A stretch of DNA of 61,288 nt, counting the filler. It is 4 parts of 4 records of this genome, joined end to end, with 100 filler letters (N's around TTAATTAATTAA, not from the genome) between each part and the next. Parts side by side here need not be neighbours in the genome. Positions count along the whole stretch, not along the records: positions 1 to 22,503 come from SRR31156797_11099; positions 22,604 to 35,157 come from SRR31156797_11106; 2 more parts are not named here. One strand, given 5' to 3'. The notes beneath the pieces are model-generated. The model worked only from the letters and a program-made list of their open reading frames with translations, did not search any database and was not told the origin of the DNA. The position numbers and the translations under genes were made by a program. The first letter of the stretch is position 1. The number at the start of each line of letters is the position of its first letter. This document shows, in pieces, positions 19,866 to 29,441 of the stretch.

Positions 19866-21617
19866 TTAAAATCGACTTACGAAACCAAAGTGTATTTTTG
19901 CATTTTTAAAATCAAGATTCTGATTTTCTTGTTTCCCTAATGCATAATTCATCGAAAAAATTCCGGATTTAGTAGCAAAATTTAACCCAAATCCTATTCC
20001 CCATGGCGTATCACTAAATGAGTTGTTTAAGATTTGACTTTTATAGTACGTTCCATCCCAAAACAAATAAAAACTTGTATTTTTTTCTGGTATAAATCTC
20101 AATTCATTAGACAAAACAGTGTAAGTTGAAGCTAAAAATGAATTCTCGTTAAACCCTCTTACTGTTGATAAACCGCCAAGTTTAAATAAATCATTTGCAA
20201 ACAAATCCGGGGCATTAATTATACCACCTCTATTTTTTACACGATAACTTATTTTCTTGGATAAAGGAATATTGTACTCAAGATACCAATTGGCATTCAC
20301 CAATGAACCCGATAAATCAAGATCATCGTATAAGTTATCAGGAATTTTACTATTCTTTTTAATTTTATGCCTTCCAACTCCAAACTTTACATTCAGGACA
20401 TGACCATCCTTGGGATTAAATGGATAATCCAATTTGTTCATTTCGAAACCAATTCCAAAAATTTTTGACTTAATATCAGCATAATCAGGTAACACAGTAA
20501 TTCCACTCAAATGCTTAGTGGATATTAAAGACGATGAATTGGATTGATAATACAATCTCACAAAATTATTTCCTCGTTGTAAAACTCGTACTCCTAAATT
20601 TAAATCCGTTGTTAAATAAGTGCTGTCCTGCTTTTTAATTCCCAAATCGAAATCAAATCCCATCTTACCTATTAAATAGGGAAATCCTAATCCAATATTT
20701 AAATCCTGACTTTCAGATTCATATTTTTTCCAGTTCAATTTTAATTGTTCACCAGAGCGTAGTGCATTCTCCAAGAATAAATTAATTTCTCCGGTTAACT
20801 CTAATTTATCCTTCTCACCTGAATTGTTCTGCAAACCTAAAATGCCATCAAACCTGTTTGATTTCTCTTTGTTTAAGTAGGCATATACTTTAGCTTTGCT
20901 TCCTATGAATTCAACCTCAGAAGATTTTAGTTCACTCATAAAATTTAAGGAATTAATCTTATCCGAAACAGAAGTGAGGGTTATCTCTTTGTAAGTTTTT
21001 CCTTTCGAAACTCCCAAAAATTTAGAAATAAACTTATGAGATATTTTAATATTTCCCTTCACCAAAATTGTATCCCAAACTACAGATTTTCCAGATTGCA
21101 CATTCCACGAACTTTTAATACTTTTTCCGTTAACATCTATACTATCAATTTCAATCTTGGCAAATGGATATCCATTATTATTATAATCTTTCAGAATCGA
21201 TTCCTGAATTAACTTCACATCATCCAAATTCGAATGTCTTTCTTCAATTGATCTTTTAGTTATATAAGCAGATTCTTTTTCTTCCTGATCAAACTTCCAA
21301 TAAGCTTCCATGTTGTATTTTTTACCAATATGCACAAATGCCAATAGGGTATCATTCTGAAGTTTTAGAGAATCAATATTTGCTTCCCAATAGCCTCTCT
21401 TCCGGATTTTTTCAATTTTACGATTTAAATGAAAACTTGCCTTAGTCTGATCCACATAATCATCATCCAACCTTTTAAAAACTTTTGTTACGGATTTTAC
21501 TGGTTTATCGATACGAACATTCAGGTATATCTTTTTACCTTGCGAATAGCAATTCGCACTTATCGTTATCAAAAGGCAATACAAAAAGAATAATTTCCTC
21601 ATATTATTAAATATCAA
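19866..21617 (-). CDS. Omp85/BamA-TamA family outer-membrane protein with POTRA domains
   Basis: Signal peptide, NNGYPFAKI POTRA, LGGLSTVRGFNE loop-6 motif, C-terminal KIHFGFVSRF. Confidence 0.85.
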   Translation of the reverse strand: MIFNNMRKLFFLYCLLITISANCYSQGKKIYLNVRIDKPVKSVTKVFKRLDDDYVDQTKASFHLNRKIEKIRKRGYWEANIDSLKLQNDTLLAFVHIGKKYNMEAYWKFDQEEKESAYITKRSIEERHSNLDDVKLIQESILKDYNNNGYPFAKIEIDSIDVNGKSIKSSWNVQSGKSVVWDTILVKGNIKISHKFISKFLGVSKGKTYKEITLTSVSDKINSLNFMSELKSSEVEFIGSKAKVYAYLNKEKSNRFDGILGLQNNSGEKDKLELTGEINLFLENALRSGEQLKLNWKKYESESQDLNIGLGFPYLIGKMGFDFDLGIKKQDSTYLTTDLNLGVRVLQRGNNFVRLYYQSNSSSLISTKHLSGITVLPDYADIKSKIFGIGFEMNKLDYPFNPKDGHVLNVKFGVGRHKIKKNSKIPDNLYDDLDLSGSLVNANWYLEYNIPLSKKISYRVKNRGGIINAPDLFANDLFKLGGLSTVRGFNENSFLASTYTVLSNELRFIPEKNTSFYLFWDGTYYKSQILNNSFSDTPWGIGFGLNFATKSGIFSMNYALGKQENQNLDFKNAKIHFGFVSRF

Positions 21618-21765
21618 TAACTTTTTTCTGTAAAATCAGTATTAACTTTTATTAATTGGCAATATTAGCTATTTCAAGCATTAATAGTTTACCATGAATT
21701 ACTAGATTTTTTATATCTTTTCCGAAATTTTAAAATTTATTTCTTGACCCTTAATTTATTTACCC

Positions 21766-21894
21766 ATGAAAAAAACACTTTATGCTTTGGCCGTAATTTT
21801 TCTTTTAGGAATTGTTGCAAGTTCATGTGCAGTTGATAAAAGATGTCCTGCATACACCAAATCAGATACAACAAGTACAAGCAAAAATGCTTAA
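21766..21894 (+). CDS. Small 42-aa lipoprotein (not in ORF track)
   Basis: Hand-translated MKKTLYALAVIFLLGIVASSCAVDKRCPAYTKSDTTSTSKNA: basic N-terminus, h-region, lipobox ASSC; followed by a hairpin terminator. Confidence 0.8.
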   Translation: MKKTLYALAVIFLLGIVASSCAVDKRCPAYTKSDTTSTSKNA

Positions 21895-21901
21895 TCCTAA
21901 T

Positions 21902-21932
21902 AAAAAAATCTCAATTTTTGAGATTTTTTTTT
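21902..21932 (+). terminator. Terminator after the small lipoprotein
   Basis: aaaaaaatctca-attt-ttgagatttttt hairpin with T-run. Confidence 0.65.
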
Positions 21933-22065
21933 GTTTATGGAGGGCAATTGCAATCGTTTTAATCGACACCAACAAACTGTAATAGTGCCAATTAAACACA
22001 CATATCACTTTGAAAATATCTTGATTTTTTTTCATTTTTTATATACAAAATATTTTTAAATTACA

Positions 22066-22073
22066 TACTTTTG
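22066..22073 (+). promoter_or_regulatory. Bacteroidota -7 element (TACTTTTG) for gap
   Basis: TAnnTTTG match about 45 nt upstream of the ATG. Confidence 0.65.
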
Positions 22074-22116
22074 CCATTGAGAAACAAAGGGTTTAAACAT
22101 TAAAACTTTATACACA

Positions 22117-22503
22117 ATGTCAAAGATTAAAATTGGTATCAATGGATTTGGTCGTATCGGACGTTTCGTTTTCCGTCAGGCTGTAGCAAAAGGTAACATC
22201 GAAGTAGTTGCAATTAACGACCTTATTGATGTAGATTACATGGCTTACATGTTAAAATATGATTCTACTCACGGAAAATTCAACGGTACTGTTGAAGTTA
22301 AAGATGGTCAATTAGTTGTAAATGGTAACGTTGTTCGCGTTTCTGCTGAAAGAAATCCAGCTGATATTAACTGGGGTGCTGTAGAAGCTGAGTACGTTGT
22401 TGAGTCTACTGGTCTTTTCTTAACTAAAGAATCGGCTCAAGGTCACATCGATGCTGGTGCTAAAAAAGTTGTTATGTCTGCTCCTTCAAAAGACGATACT
22501 CCA
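22117..22503 (+). CDS. gap: Type I glyceraldehyde-3-phosphate dehydrogenase (5' part, cut by contig end)
   Basis: [42 protein letters not shown]. Confidence 0.97.
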
Positions 22504-22603
22504 NNNNNNNNNNNNNNNNNNNNNNNNNNNNNNNNNNNNNNNNNNNNTTAATTAATTAANNNNNNNNNNNNNNNNNNNNNNNNNNNNNNNNNNNNNNNNN
22601 NNN
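22504..22603. other. Artificial contig linker
   Basis: N44-TTAATTAATTAA-N44; the 12-mer gives stops in all six frames. Confidence 0.97.
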
Positions 22604-22967
22604 GAATGCAGTATTTTTTCGGGGGGATTACCCGATCAGCGATTACCTGGAACAGGAGAGGGCAGGAGATCAGGAAAAATGGCAATCCCATGCCCTTTTT
22701 CTCTCGCCAGCAACAAATCCCCATGGGGACGGTCGCTTAACCCCTAAGGTTATCAATACGGTATGGAATCAAGTGCGGGATTTTGCCGGGGTGGATAAAA
22801 ACAAAACTCCCCATTCGGCCAGGCACGGTATGGGGGTCTTCATCATGGAGAAAACCGGCAATGTGGCTGCGGTGCAGCGGCAGTTGGGCCACAAGAACGC
22901 CTCTTTTTCTCTGCAGTATTCCCGAATAACCAACGATGAACTGAAGCAGATTCTGGATGAAAGATAG
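22604..22967 (+). CDS. Tyrosine recombinase/integrase, C-terminal part (5' end lost at contig start)
   Basis: The frame of ORF 22773..22967 stays open upstream (..SDYLEQER...ALFLS...GRLT..). Catalytic motifs TPHSARH, QLGH and QY. Confidence 0.85.
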
Positions 22968-23393
22968 GGGAAGTCAGGTTTTCTCTCCCGCATTTTGCAG
23001 GGATTGACTACATTTAAACAACGGCTATTGATTCAATTTGATGCACTCCAACCAGTGGGGATCAGGATTGTTGATTTTCTGGAAACATTACTGAACTTAA
23101 AACTATGAGTCTCAAATCGTGGCTTATAGGAGAGTTAGCACATTGTAAACAAACAATTTGAGCCATTTATATACGAGATGAATCAAGCAAAGATCTGCCC
23201 CCTATGTCTTGCTCAAGTGTAATTCAGGGGGCATCATTTTATGAGTCAGAAGAATTAACCCAATCAACAAACGGCAGCCTTGGTTTCACTATTACGGTGC
23301 AACGGCTGAGCATAGGATTCGTTGTTGTGTGGTTTTTCGATAAATAGTTAAAATGTTGCGTATTTTCTTAAGCATTTATTGCCGTTATTATAA

Positions 23394-24695
23394 TCAGTTT
23401 GACAAAAAACAGTCTTCTTTGATTAGCAAACGATCAGCATCAAGGGACAAGTCAAAAGGCACAACAAACAACCGAAAATTATCAGCATACTCAAAAGCAG
23501 GCAGAGGCTTGGTAAAAATGTCTGACTTTGGATATATTAAATAGACTTCTTTTACTTCTTGGTCGAGAAGGTACTTTTTGCCATAAGCAAACATCTGATA
23601 TAAATCCGATTGTCCAATGGAATTATTAATTGATGAAGAGCTATTCTGTCCCAATAATTTCCATTTTGTATCTGCTACAAAGGTTATATCATCTCTACAG
23701 AGAAGAAGGTCAGGCTTCATGAGAAACTGTTTCTTTCCCTCCTGTTGCAACAAATAATGCTTTCTGGCTTGCGTTTTTATCTGCCAGTCTGGATAGAGAA
23801 CCCGAAGCCTTGCTGCGACATAATCTTCAAAGATTCTCTCCATGGGAAAGAGTAACGATATTGAGCGGGTATCACCAGCTGTTCCAATAGGACTTTGATC
23901 AAGGAGGATGATGCGGCACCAGTCAAGAACGTGCTGATAGTAGCCGATGCTTCTGTCTTTAGAGCAGCGACTGAGATCATGACGAACATCACAAGCTGGC
24001 GGTACATCGTCAAATGCGAAAAGCAGTTCCCTACATAAACGCTGATTCCTGCTTTCAACAATAAAGAAACTAATCTTTTCAAGTGCACTTCGAATGAGAC
24101 GGTTTTCCGGTCTGTTCACCTGAAACTCATCATACTCCGCATAAAAACGGTGCTGATTAACCAAATTATGCCGAATCTGCTCTGCAAGCAACAGTTTCCC
24201 TTTCACGAAGGAAAGGTTGTCCCTGGTTGCAACATAGTCCGAGCGAATACCACGCTTCACGAGCGTATTCACCTGATTTAGGAAATAACTTACAAAAATT
24301 TCAATGAGAGGCAAAGAAACATCAGCAAGCAAAGCACGTTCGCTTTGCCGAAAGGGGGAGTTGCGAAGATGACTTAACATACGAATCAGGATACTTCTGA
24401 CCTGACTATGACCTAACTCATGGCCAGGTCCGCTATATATTTTCGGAAGAATCTCAATCTGAGTACCAGAAGAAGTTTGAAGCACCCCGACATAGTTTTG
24501 CACCTGCAATGAACGCTTCCCTTTATACATGGAGGGCTGTAGGGAGAAGCGACTTTCGTTATCAGAAGATATCGAAAAAAGATGGGTCTCAAGAAAATCA
24601 AAATCAGAAGCAGGAATGGACAACACTTTTTCTTCATCTACAGACACAGGCTGTGCCCTTACCAAGTGTCCATATTCCCTTATCAGAAGAGGCAT
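23394..24695 (-). CDS. mcrC: McrC family restriction endonuclease subunit
   Basis: QNYVGVL..IEILPK, NRPENRLI, LLFPMERIFEDYV, KPDLL, ADTKWK, DLYQMFAYG; directly downstream of mcrB. Confidence 0.92.
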   Translation of the reverse strand: MPLLIREYGHLVRAQPVSVDEEKVLSIPASDFDFLETHLFSISSDNESRFSLQPSMYKGKRSLQVQNYVGVLQTSSGTQIEILPKIYSGPGHELGHSQVRSILIRMLSHLRNSPFRQSERALLADVSLPLIEIFVSYFLNQVNTLVKRGIRSDYVATRDNLSFVKGKLLLAEQIRHNLVNQHRFYAEYDEFQVNRPENRLIRSALEKISFFIVESRNQRLCRELLFAFDDVPPACDVRHDLSRCSKDRSIGYYQHVLDWCRIILLDQSPIGTAGDTRSISLLFPMERIFEDYVAARLRVLYPDWQIKTQARKHYLLQQEGKKQFLMKPDLLLCRDDITFVADTKWKLLGQNSSSSINNSIGQSDLYQMFAYGKKYLLDQEVKEVYLIYPKSDIFTKPLPAFEYADNFRLFVVPFDLSLDADRLLIKEDCFLSN

Positions 24696-24701
24696 ATTTT
24701 T

Positions 24702-27668
24702 CTATTCCTCTTTCAATGCAGCACTGTCATAAACACCTATATATGCTTTTGGATCGGTTAGAGCATCTTCATTACGTCTGTACTGTTTTACCCTGTCCAA
24801 TCCATACATTGTCAGATCAGTGGAGTTGCCAAACAATACATTGCCGCCATCTTCAAGCTCGTCCTCTAAAATAAACTGGGCTTCAGGGGTATCCTGCTTC
24901 TGATTATCCCCCAGCACCAGCCTGATTTTCTGCCAGTCCTCAAAAAAATACTCAGCCAACAAAGGAATAATTTTATTGGCAAAAATAGACGAAAGGTTTT
25001 CAATACTAGGGTCATTAATGAGAGGAATAAAAAAGGCATGACCAATGCTATGTTCCCTATCGTACAATGCCTCGACCCTCAGATTCATTGCCTGAAGCAG
25101 TTTATCAATTTTTATCTCACCCACCGCTACGTCTTTAAGCAGGTCGCAATCCGGCATCATCTCTTCAAACTCAAAGCGTCTTCTCAAGGCAGTATCCATC
25201 AAGGCAAGAGAACGATCTGCAGTATTCATGGTACCCACAATATGCAGATTAGCAGGTATACCAAACTCATCTCTTGAATAGGGTAGTTTGACGGTGACTT
25301 CATTGGCCATGCCCAGACGTTTATCCGGTTCAAGCAGGGTGATAAGTTCACCAAGGACCTTACTTATATTGGCCCTGTTGATCTCATCAATGATCAGAAC
25401 ATATCGTTCTGTTTCGTTAGATTGCTCCTCTTCTCTTCTGCCACCAAGCAATTTTTCTAGATATGTCATATTGAGATGCGCAGGCCGAAGAGTATAGATT
25501 GTTTGTTGTGAAAACTGCTTACCCCATATCTTTTCAACTGGAATTGCGGCATCCTTTATCAACCATTTCACTCTACGGAAATGTTCATATCCAAGTCCTG
25601 GCAGAAGATCAGGTTTGTACTCATATTCGCCTTTCACCTGACCTATGGCCTGTACCTGGCTAAGCCCTTTGGGGACAATAACAATATCCCCAACATCAAC
25701 ATGATTTTTAAACCAGAACATTGCTTGGGTGGCGAATCTCTTCTCAGCATAATCAGAGCCGTGTTCAACCATGAGATTCTTTATGGCATCACGAGCGGGC
25801 TCCCAATTTTTCTCTTTAGGGAGCTTTGAGAAGTCGACATCACCACCCCATCCAAGCGCTAGGTAATCATTTTCGAAGCAGAACGATTCCACTTCAGGAT
25901 CATATTTTCCCCCAACTGACATTTTGTAGAATTTCTTTCCTTTCAAATCGACACTGGCAGATGCAGTGCGATACAAGTCAGCAATTGCAGTCTGGGCCAT
26001 TGAGCAGATCTTTTTAAATATTCCATCCTCAACCCTATAAATGAGCTGTTCCTGCTCCGAATCAGACTGGCTTGAAAGATCAGGGCGGATTCCTTCTATA
26101 AACTCTTCGTAACTGAAGGATTGGTGAAAGGACACAAAACTGATCCTTTTATCAGCAACAAGTTCCTTATATCTCCTCATAAGAGCAGCCCTGTCAACGG
26201 GACTGTTGCCATCGCAGATCTGGACTGCACGCTGCGCTGTTTTATAAGTTTTACCTGTACCTGGCGGGCCATAAAGAATCTGATTGAGAGGATACGAGGT
26301 CATCACAATATTTGGTTGTTTTTCATCGGTTGGATTAAGCTCCTTGTCTGGCGGGGTATTTCCATCTGAAGTTTCTGGGTTATAGTGCAAGGCTGACCAG
26401 AAGAAACTCTGTACATCAATCTTATCCTGAGGGGCCAGGCCATCTTTTTCCAGAAACTCAAACACCTCTTCGGCCAGCCGCTGGACACGATAATACTCTT
26501 CTGATACAAGGCTTTCGTTTGCAAAGGTATCAAGGTTAAACAACTTGAGAATTTTGTTTACCTCATCGGTCTTGATAAAAAAATGAGTCCTGGGGTCACT
26601 GATAAAGAGAAAAAAAGTGGTCACGCTCCGTGTTGCTGCAGGGCTACATTTCCCTTCAGGTGCGTATTTTTGTAAAAATCTGATGAAATCAGGGATTCTT
26701 TCATCAAGGCTGCGCTCAGCATCTATCAAACCTGATACAGCCCTTGCAAAATCAATATACCCCTCCCTGGACATTTTATTGGCAAACTCAAAGTATCGCC
26801 ATCCCACAAGGTTCTGTGGCGCATTCTCACTTTCCAGCTTTCGCTTAAAAAGCATTGCCAGGTCTCTGCCAAGCTGCAACACTTGTTCTTCGCCAGATAC
26901 CAATGGCCGCAACCTTGATACAAACTCATGAGCAAAGATATCGCATAGTTCCTTTTTGTAATTACGCTCATCTTGCAAATATTTTTTCGGAGGATTAACA
27001 AATGAGATGAATCCAGGGTAGTAATCGAGAAAATTCTTTTTAATCTGGTTATATGCTTGGCGAAGGCTTCCCTCTTGCCAGACGGTCGGACCAAATTCCA
27101 GCAGGCTTGCACCTTCTCTATGACGCATAATCTCAGGATACAAGTTAGAAAAAGTAGACTTTTTGGGATGGGCAGGCGTGCCTTTTGCTTGCAAATAAGA
27201 CACCAACCATTCTTTTTTGAAGGTATTGATAACTGATGGATTCTCTCTGTTCTGGTAGAGAAAAGCCACCTTCCATTTATAGATAGGATATAGATCTATC
27301 TTTTCTATCGTTTCCAGCTCACCAGCATATGCTGCCTTTGCTATCTTCACGATAGCGTCCCTGACAAAATGAAATGCTTCCTCTCTTGTGGAGCCGTACT
27401 TTTTAAACCAGGCGTATTGACCATCTCCCTGGTATTGTTTTTGGTACACCTTATCTGGACTTTTCGATGCAAATATTCCGAATTTAAAGGCAACCGTCCC
27501 TCTTATACGCCCCAAGCTATCCAGCTCTCGCTCCACCCACCAGGTAAAGGTATCTTTTGAGCCAACCTGGCTATATTGCTCTAATGTCAACGATGACAAT
27601 TTTTCCAATGGGAACCGCTCTAAAAATTTATCCCAAAGTTGGTATTCTTTCTGTGTTGATAGGTCCAT
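24702..27668 (-). CDS. mcrB: McrB family AAA+ GTPase with long N-terminal region and an inserted domain
   Basis: NQILYGPPGTGKT, FHQSFSYEEFIEG, IIDEINRAN, GTMNTADRSLALMDTALRRRF, IGHAFF, IIPLLAEYFFEDW. Confidence 0.92.
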   Translation of the reverse strand: MDLSTQKEYQLWDKFLERFPLEKLSSLTLEQYSQVGSKDTFTWWVERELDSLGRIRGTVAFKFGIFASKSPDKVYQKQYQGDGQYAWFKKYGSTREEAFHFVRDAIVKIAKAAYAGELETIEKIDLYPIYKWKVAFLYQNRENPSVINTFKKEWLVSYLQAKGTPAHPKKSTFSNLYPEIMRHREGASLLEFGPTVWQEGSLRQAYNQIKKNFLDYYPGFISFVNPPKKYLQDERNYKKELCDIFAHEFVSRLRPLVSGEEQVLQLGRDLAMLFKRKLESENAPQNLVGWRYFEFANKMSREGYIDFARAVSGLIDAERSLDERIPDFIRFLQKYAPEGKCSPAATRSVTTFFLFISDPRTHFFIKTDEVNKILKLFNLDTFANESLVSEEYYRVQRLAEEVFEFLEKDGLAPQDKIDVQSFFWSALHYNPETSDGNTPPDKELNPTDEKQPNIVMTSYPLNQILYGPPGTGKTYKTAQRAVQICDGNSPVDRAALMRRYKELVADKRISFVSFHQSFSYEEFIEGIRPDLSSQSDSEQEQLIYRVEDGIFKKICSMAQTAIADLYRTASASVDLKGKKFYKMSVGGKYDPEVESFCFENDYLALGWGGDVDFSKLPKEKNWEPARDAIKNLMVEHGSDYAEKRFATQAMFWFKNHVDVGDIVIVPKGLSQVQAIGQVKGEYEYKPDLLPGLGYEHFRRVKWLIKDAAIPVEKIWGKQFSQQTIYTLRPAHLNMTYLEKLLGGRREEEQSNETERYVLIIDEINRANISKVLGELITLLEPDKRLGMANEVTVKLPYSRDEFGIPANLHIVGTMNTADRSLALMDTALRRRFEFEEMMPDCDLLKDVAVGEIKIDKLLQAMNLRVEALYDREHSIGHAFFIPLINDPSIENLSSIFANKIIPLLAEYFFEDWQKIRLVLGDNQKQDTPEAQFILEDELEDGGNVLFGNSTDLTMYGLDRVKQYRRNEDALTDPKAYIGVYDSAALKEE

Positions 27669-27696
27669 GATTGTTTGGGAGAAATATGGCTGCTGG

Positions 27697-29439
27697 TTAA
27701 TGGTTAACTGCCTTTGCCACTATGGCGTTTGCTAATTGCAATTGATTAGCTTGGGCCTCTACCATTCGAGCTTGGAGTTTGTCACATATGGCCATGAGTT
27801 CATCGACTTTAGCGACTATTAGGTATTGTTCGGACAGTGGGGGAAGGGGTATTATCATCAATCCCAAATCCCCTAAACGAAAGCTGTTTTTCAGCCCTCT
27901 TTGTGGAGCATTAAACTGACAAGCCGCTAAAGGAGATCTCATAAGCTCAGGAAAATACCTGTTTCGACAATCGGGCATAAATCTTAATAAACATGTATGT
28001 TGGTTTATATATGCCTCACCAAAATTATCTGGTATTAAACCAAGATTTCCGACATCTCCTGTAATTGAAATTAGTAGATCTTTTGCTTGTAACTTTGTTC
28101 GAGAACCTTCCCCTTTCACAGGAGGAGCAACATATCTCAGGTTGTCTAATCTCAATTGATAACTGCCACGTGAAAGGTTACCCATTGTTACAAAAACCGC
28201 ACCTTGATCTGAATAATATTTAGCCCATCCTCTGGAACCAGAAGTTATTAGTAAAGCAACATCCCAAACCCGAACCCACTCCCATCCATCTGGAATTTCA
28301 AACGGCTTTTCACCTGCACTAATTTCTGGCAATTTCTTTTGTTTTTTGATTTTCCCCTGTTTGATGAGTTTAGTTTTCTCAGCAGCAATTTTCTCAAGCA
28401 ACACGCTTGCTGGCTCATCGTTTGGATCTTGGGGGACAAGTTTACCCATGATGGCAAGTTGGAGGATAGTTTGTTTGAGGTGGTCGATGGATTGTTCGGT
28501 AGTGAATAGGCAGTCAAAGTGGTCTGCGATGCGTTGCCATGTATCGTTGAACTCTGTTTGATCGGCGGCATTGGTGAGGACGGAGAGTAGGGTTTCTACC
28601 AGGGCTTGGTGGGTAGCGTTGCTGTCTGTTTGCTGCTGCTCCAGTTTATCGCAAAGGATCATGAGTTCATCGACTTTGGCTACTATACGGTGTTGTTCTG
28701 CTAAAGGTGGTAAGGTAATGACATAATTTAACAGTTGATCCTGTCGTATACCAGCAACGGTTGTACCAGTCCCTTTGATCTTCAATGTGGAAAAAAACAG
28801 CAAAAAGAAATTAACATCTAAATTAGAAGTCAATTTAACAGCCTTTAGATCTTGGTTAATTGCGACTTTTATTTTGGATATAGCAATTTTCCCTAACCCC
28901 ATACGAGTGCAAATGATGACATCATTAACTCCAGCAAGCTTGCTTCCTGTTTTTAGTCCTTTTTCAGTAATAGTATCTTGAGTTCTTTTTAGATATTTTT
29001 CTGTTCCAAGATCCTTTACACTTGCCCAAGGAATGTCACCATTCCAATACTCAGGGTTTCTCTTACTAGGAGTACCGCCACTAATTATGGAATTTATTAA
29101 AGTACCTAATCGACATACCTCCCACCCTAAAGGCATCTCAAAATGTTTTTCTTCCTCACTAACCTCAGATAATTTTTTCGGTCTTTTTATTCTCCTTTCT
29201 TTGATCAGCCTGGCTTTTTCTTTTTCTATTTTTTCCAACAACACACTTGCAGGTTCATCATTCGGATCTTGAGGTACCAACTTCCCCCGAACAGCCAACT
29301 CTAAAATTAATTCACGCAGCTTCTTAATCCCATAAATTGACTGGTCGTTCGCTCCCTTACTGCGTCCCCTCCCACCATTCTTCTTTTGAAACTGTGCTGA
29401 GGTCCAAACATCAATATGCTCAGTAATCAAATCCATCAT
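27697..29439 (-). CDS. hsdS: Type I R-M specificity subunit, EcoAI-like (type IB)
   Basis: Two copies of LAxxGKLVPQDPNDEPASVLLEKI and PPLxEQxxIVAKVDELM flanking two TRDs. Confidence 0.95.
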   Translation of the reverse strand: MMDLITEHIDVWTSAQFQKKNGGRGRSKGANDQSIYGIKKLRELILELAVRGKLVPQDPNDEPASVLLEKIEKEKARLIKERRIKRPKKLSEVSEEEKHFEMPLGWEVCRLGTLINSIISGGTPSKRNPEYWNGDIPWASVKDLGTEKYLKRTQDTITEKGLKTGSKLAGVNDVIICTRMGLGKIAISKIKVAINQDLKAVKLTSNLDVNFFLLFFSTLKIKGTGTTVAGIRQDQLLNYVITLPPLAEQHRIVAKVDELMILCDKLEQQQTDSNATHQALVETLLSVLTNAADQTEFNDTWQRIADHFDCLFTTEQSIDHLKQTILQLAIMGKLVPQDPNDEPASVLLEKIAAEKTKLIKQGKIKKQKKLPEISAGEKPFEIPDGWEWVRVWDVALLITSGSRGWAKYYSDQGAVFVTMGNLSRGSYQLRLDNLRYVAPPVKGEGSRTKLQAKDLLISITGDVGNLGLIPDNFGEAYINQHTCLLRFMPDCRNRYFPELMRSPLAACQFNAPQRGLKNSFRLGDLGLMIIPLPPLSEQYLIVAKVDELMAICDKLQARMVEAQANQLQLANAIVAKAVNH

Positions 29440-29441
29440 GA

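Noticed and set aside
22548-22559. TTAATTAATTAA repeated three times in the window as a biological repeat
   Set aside because: Always centred in 100-nt N linkers; a six-frame stop spacer added during concatenation.
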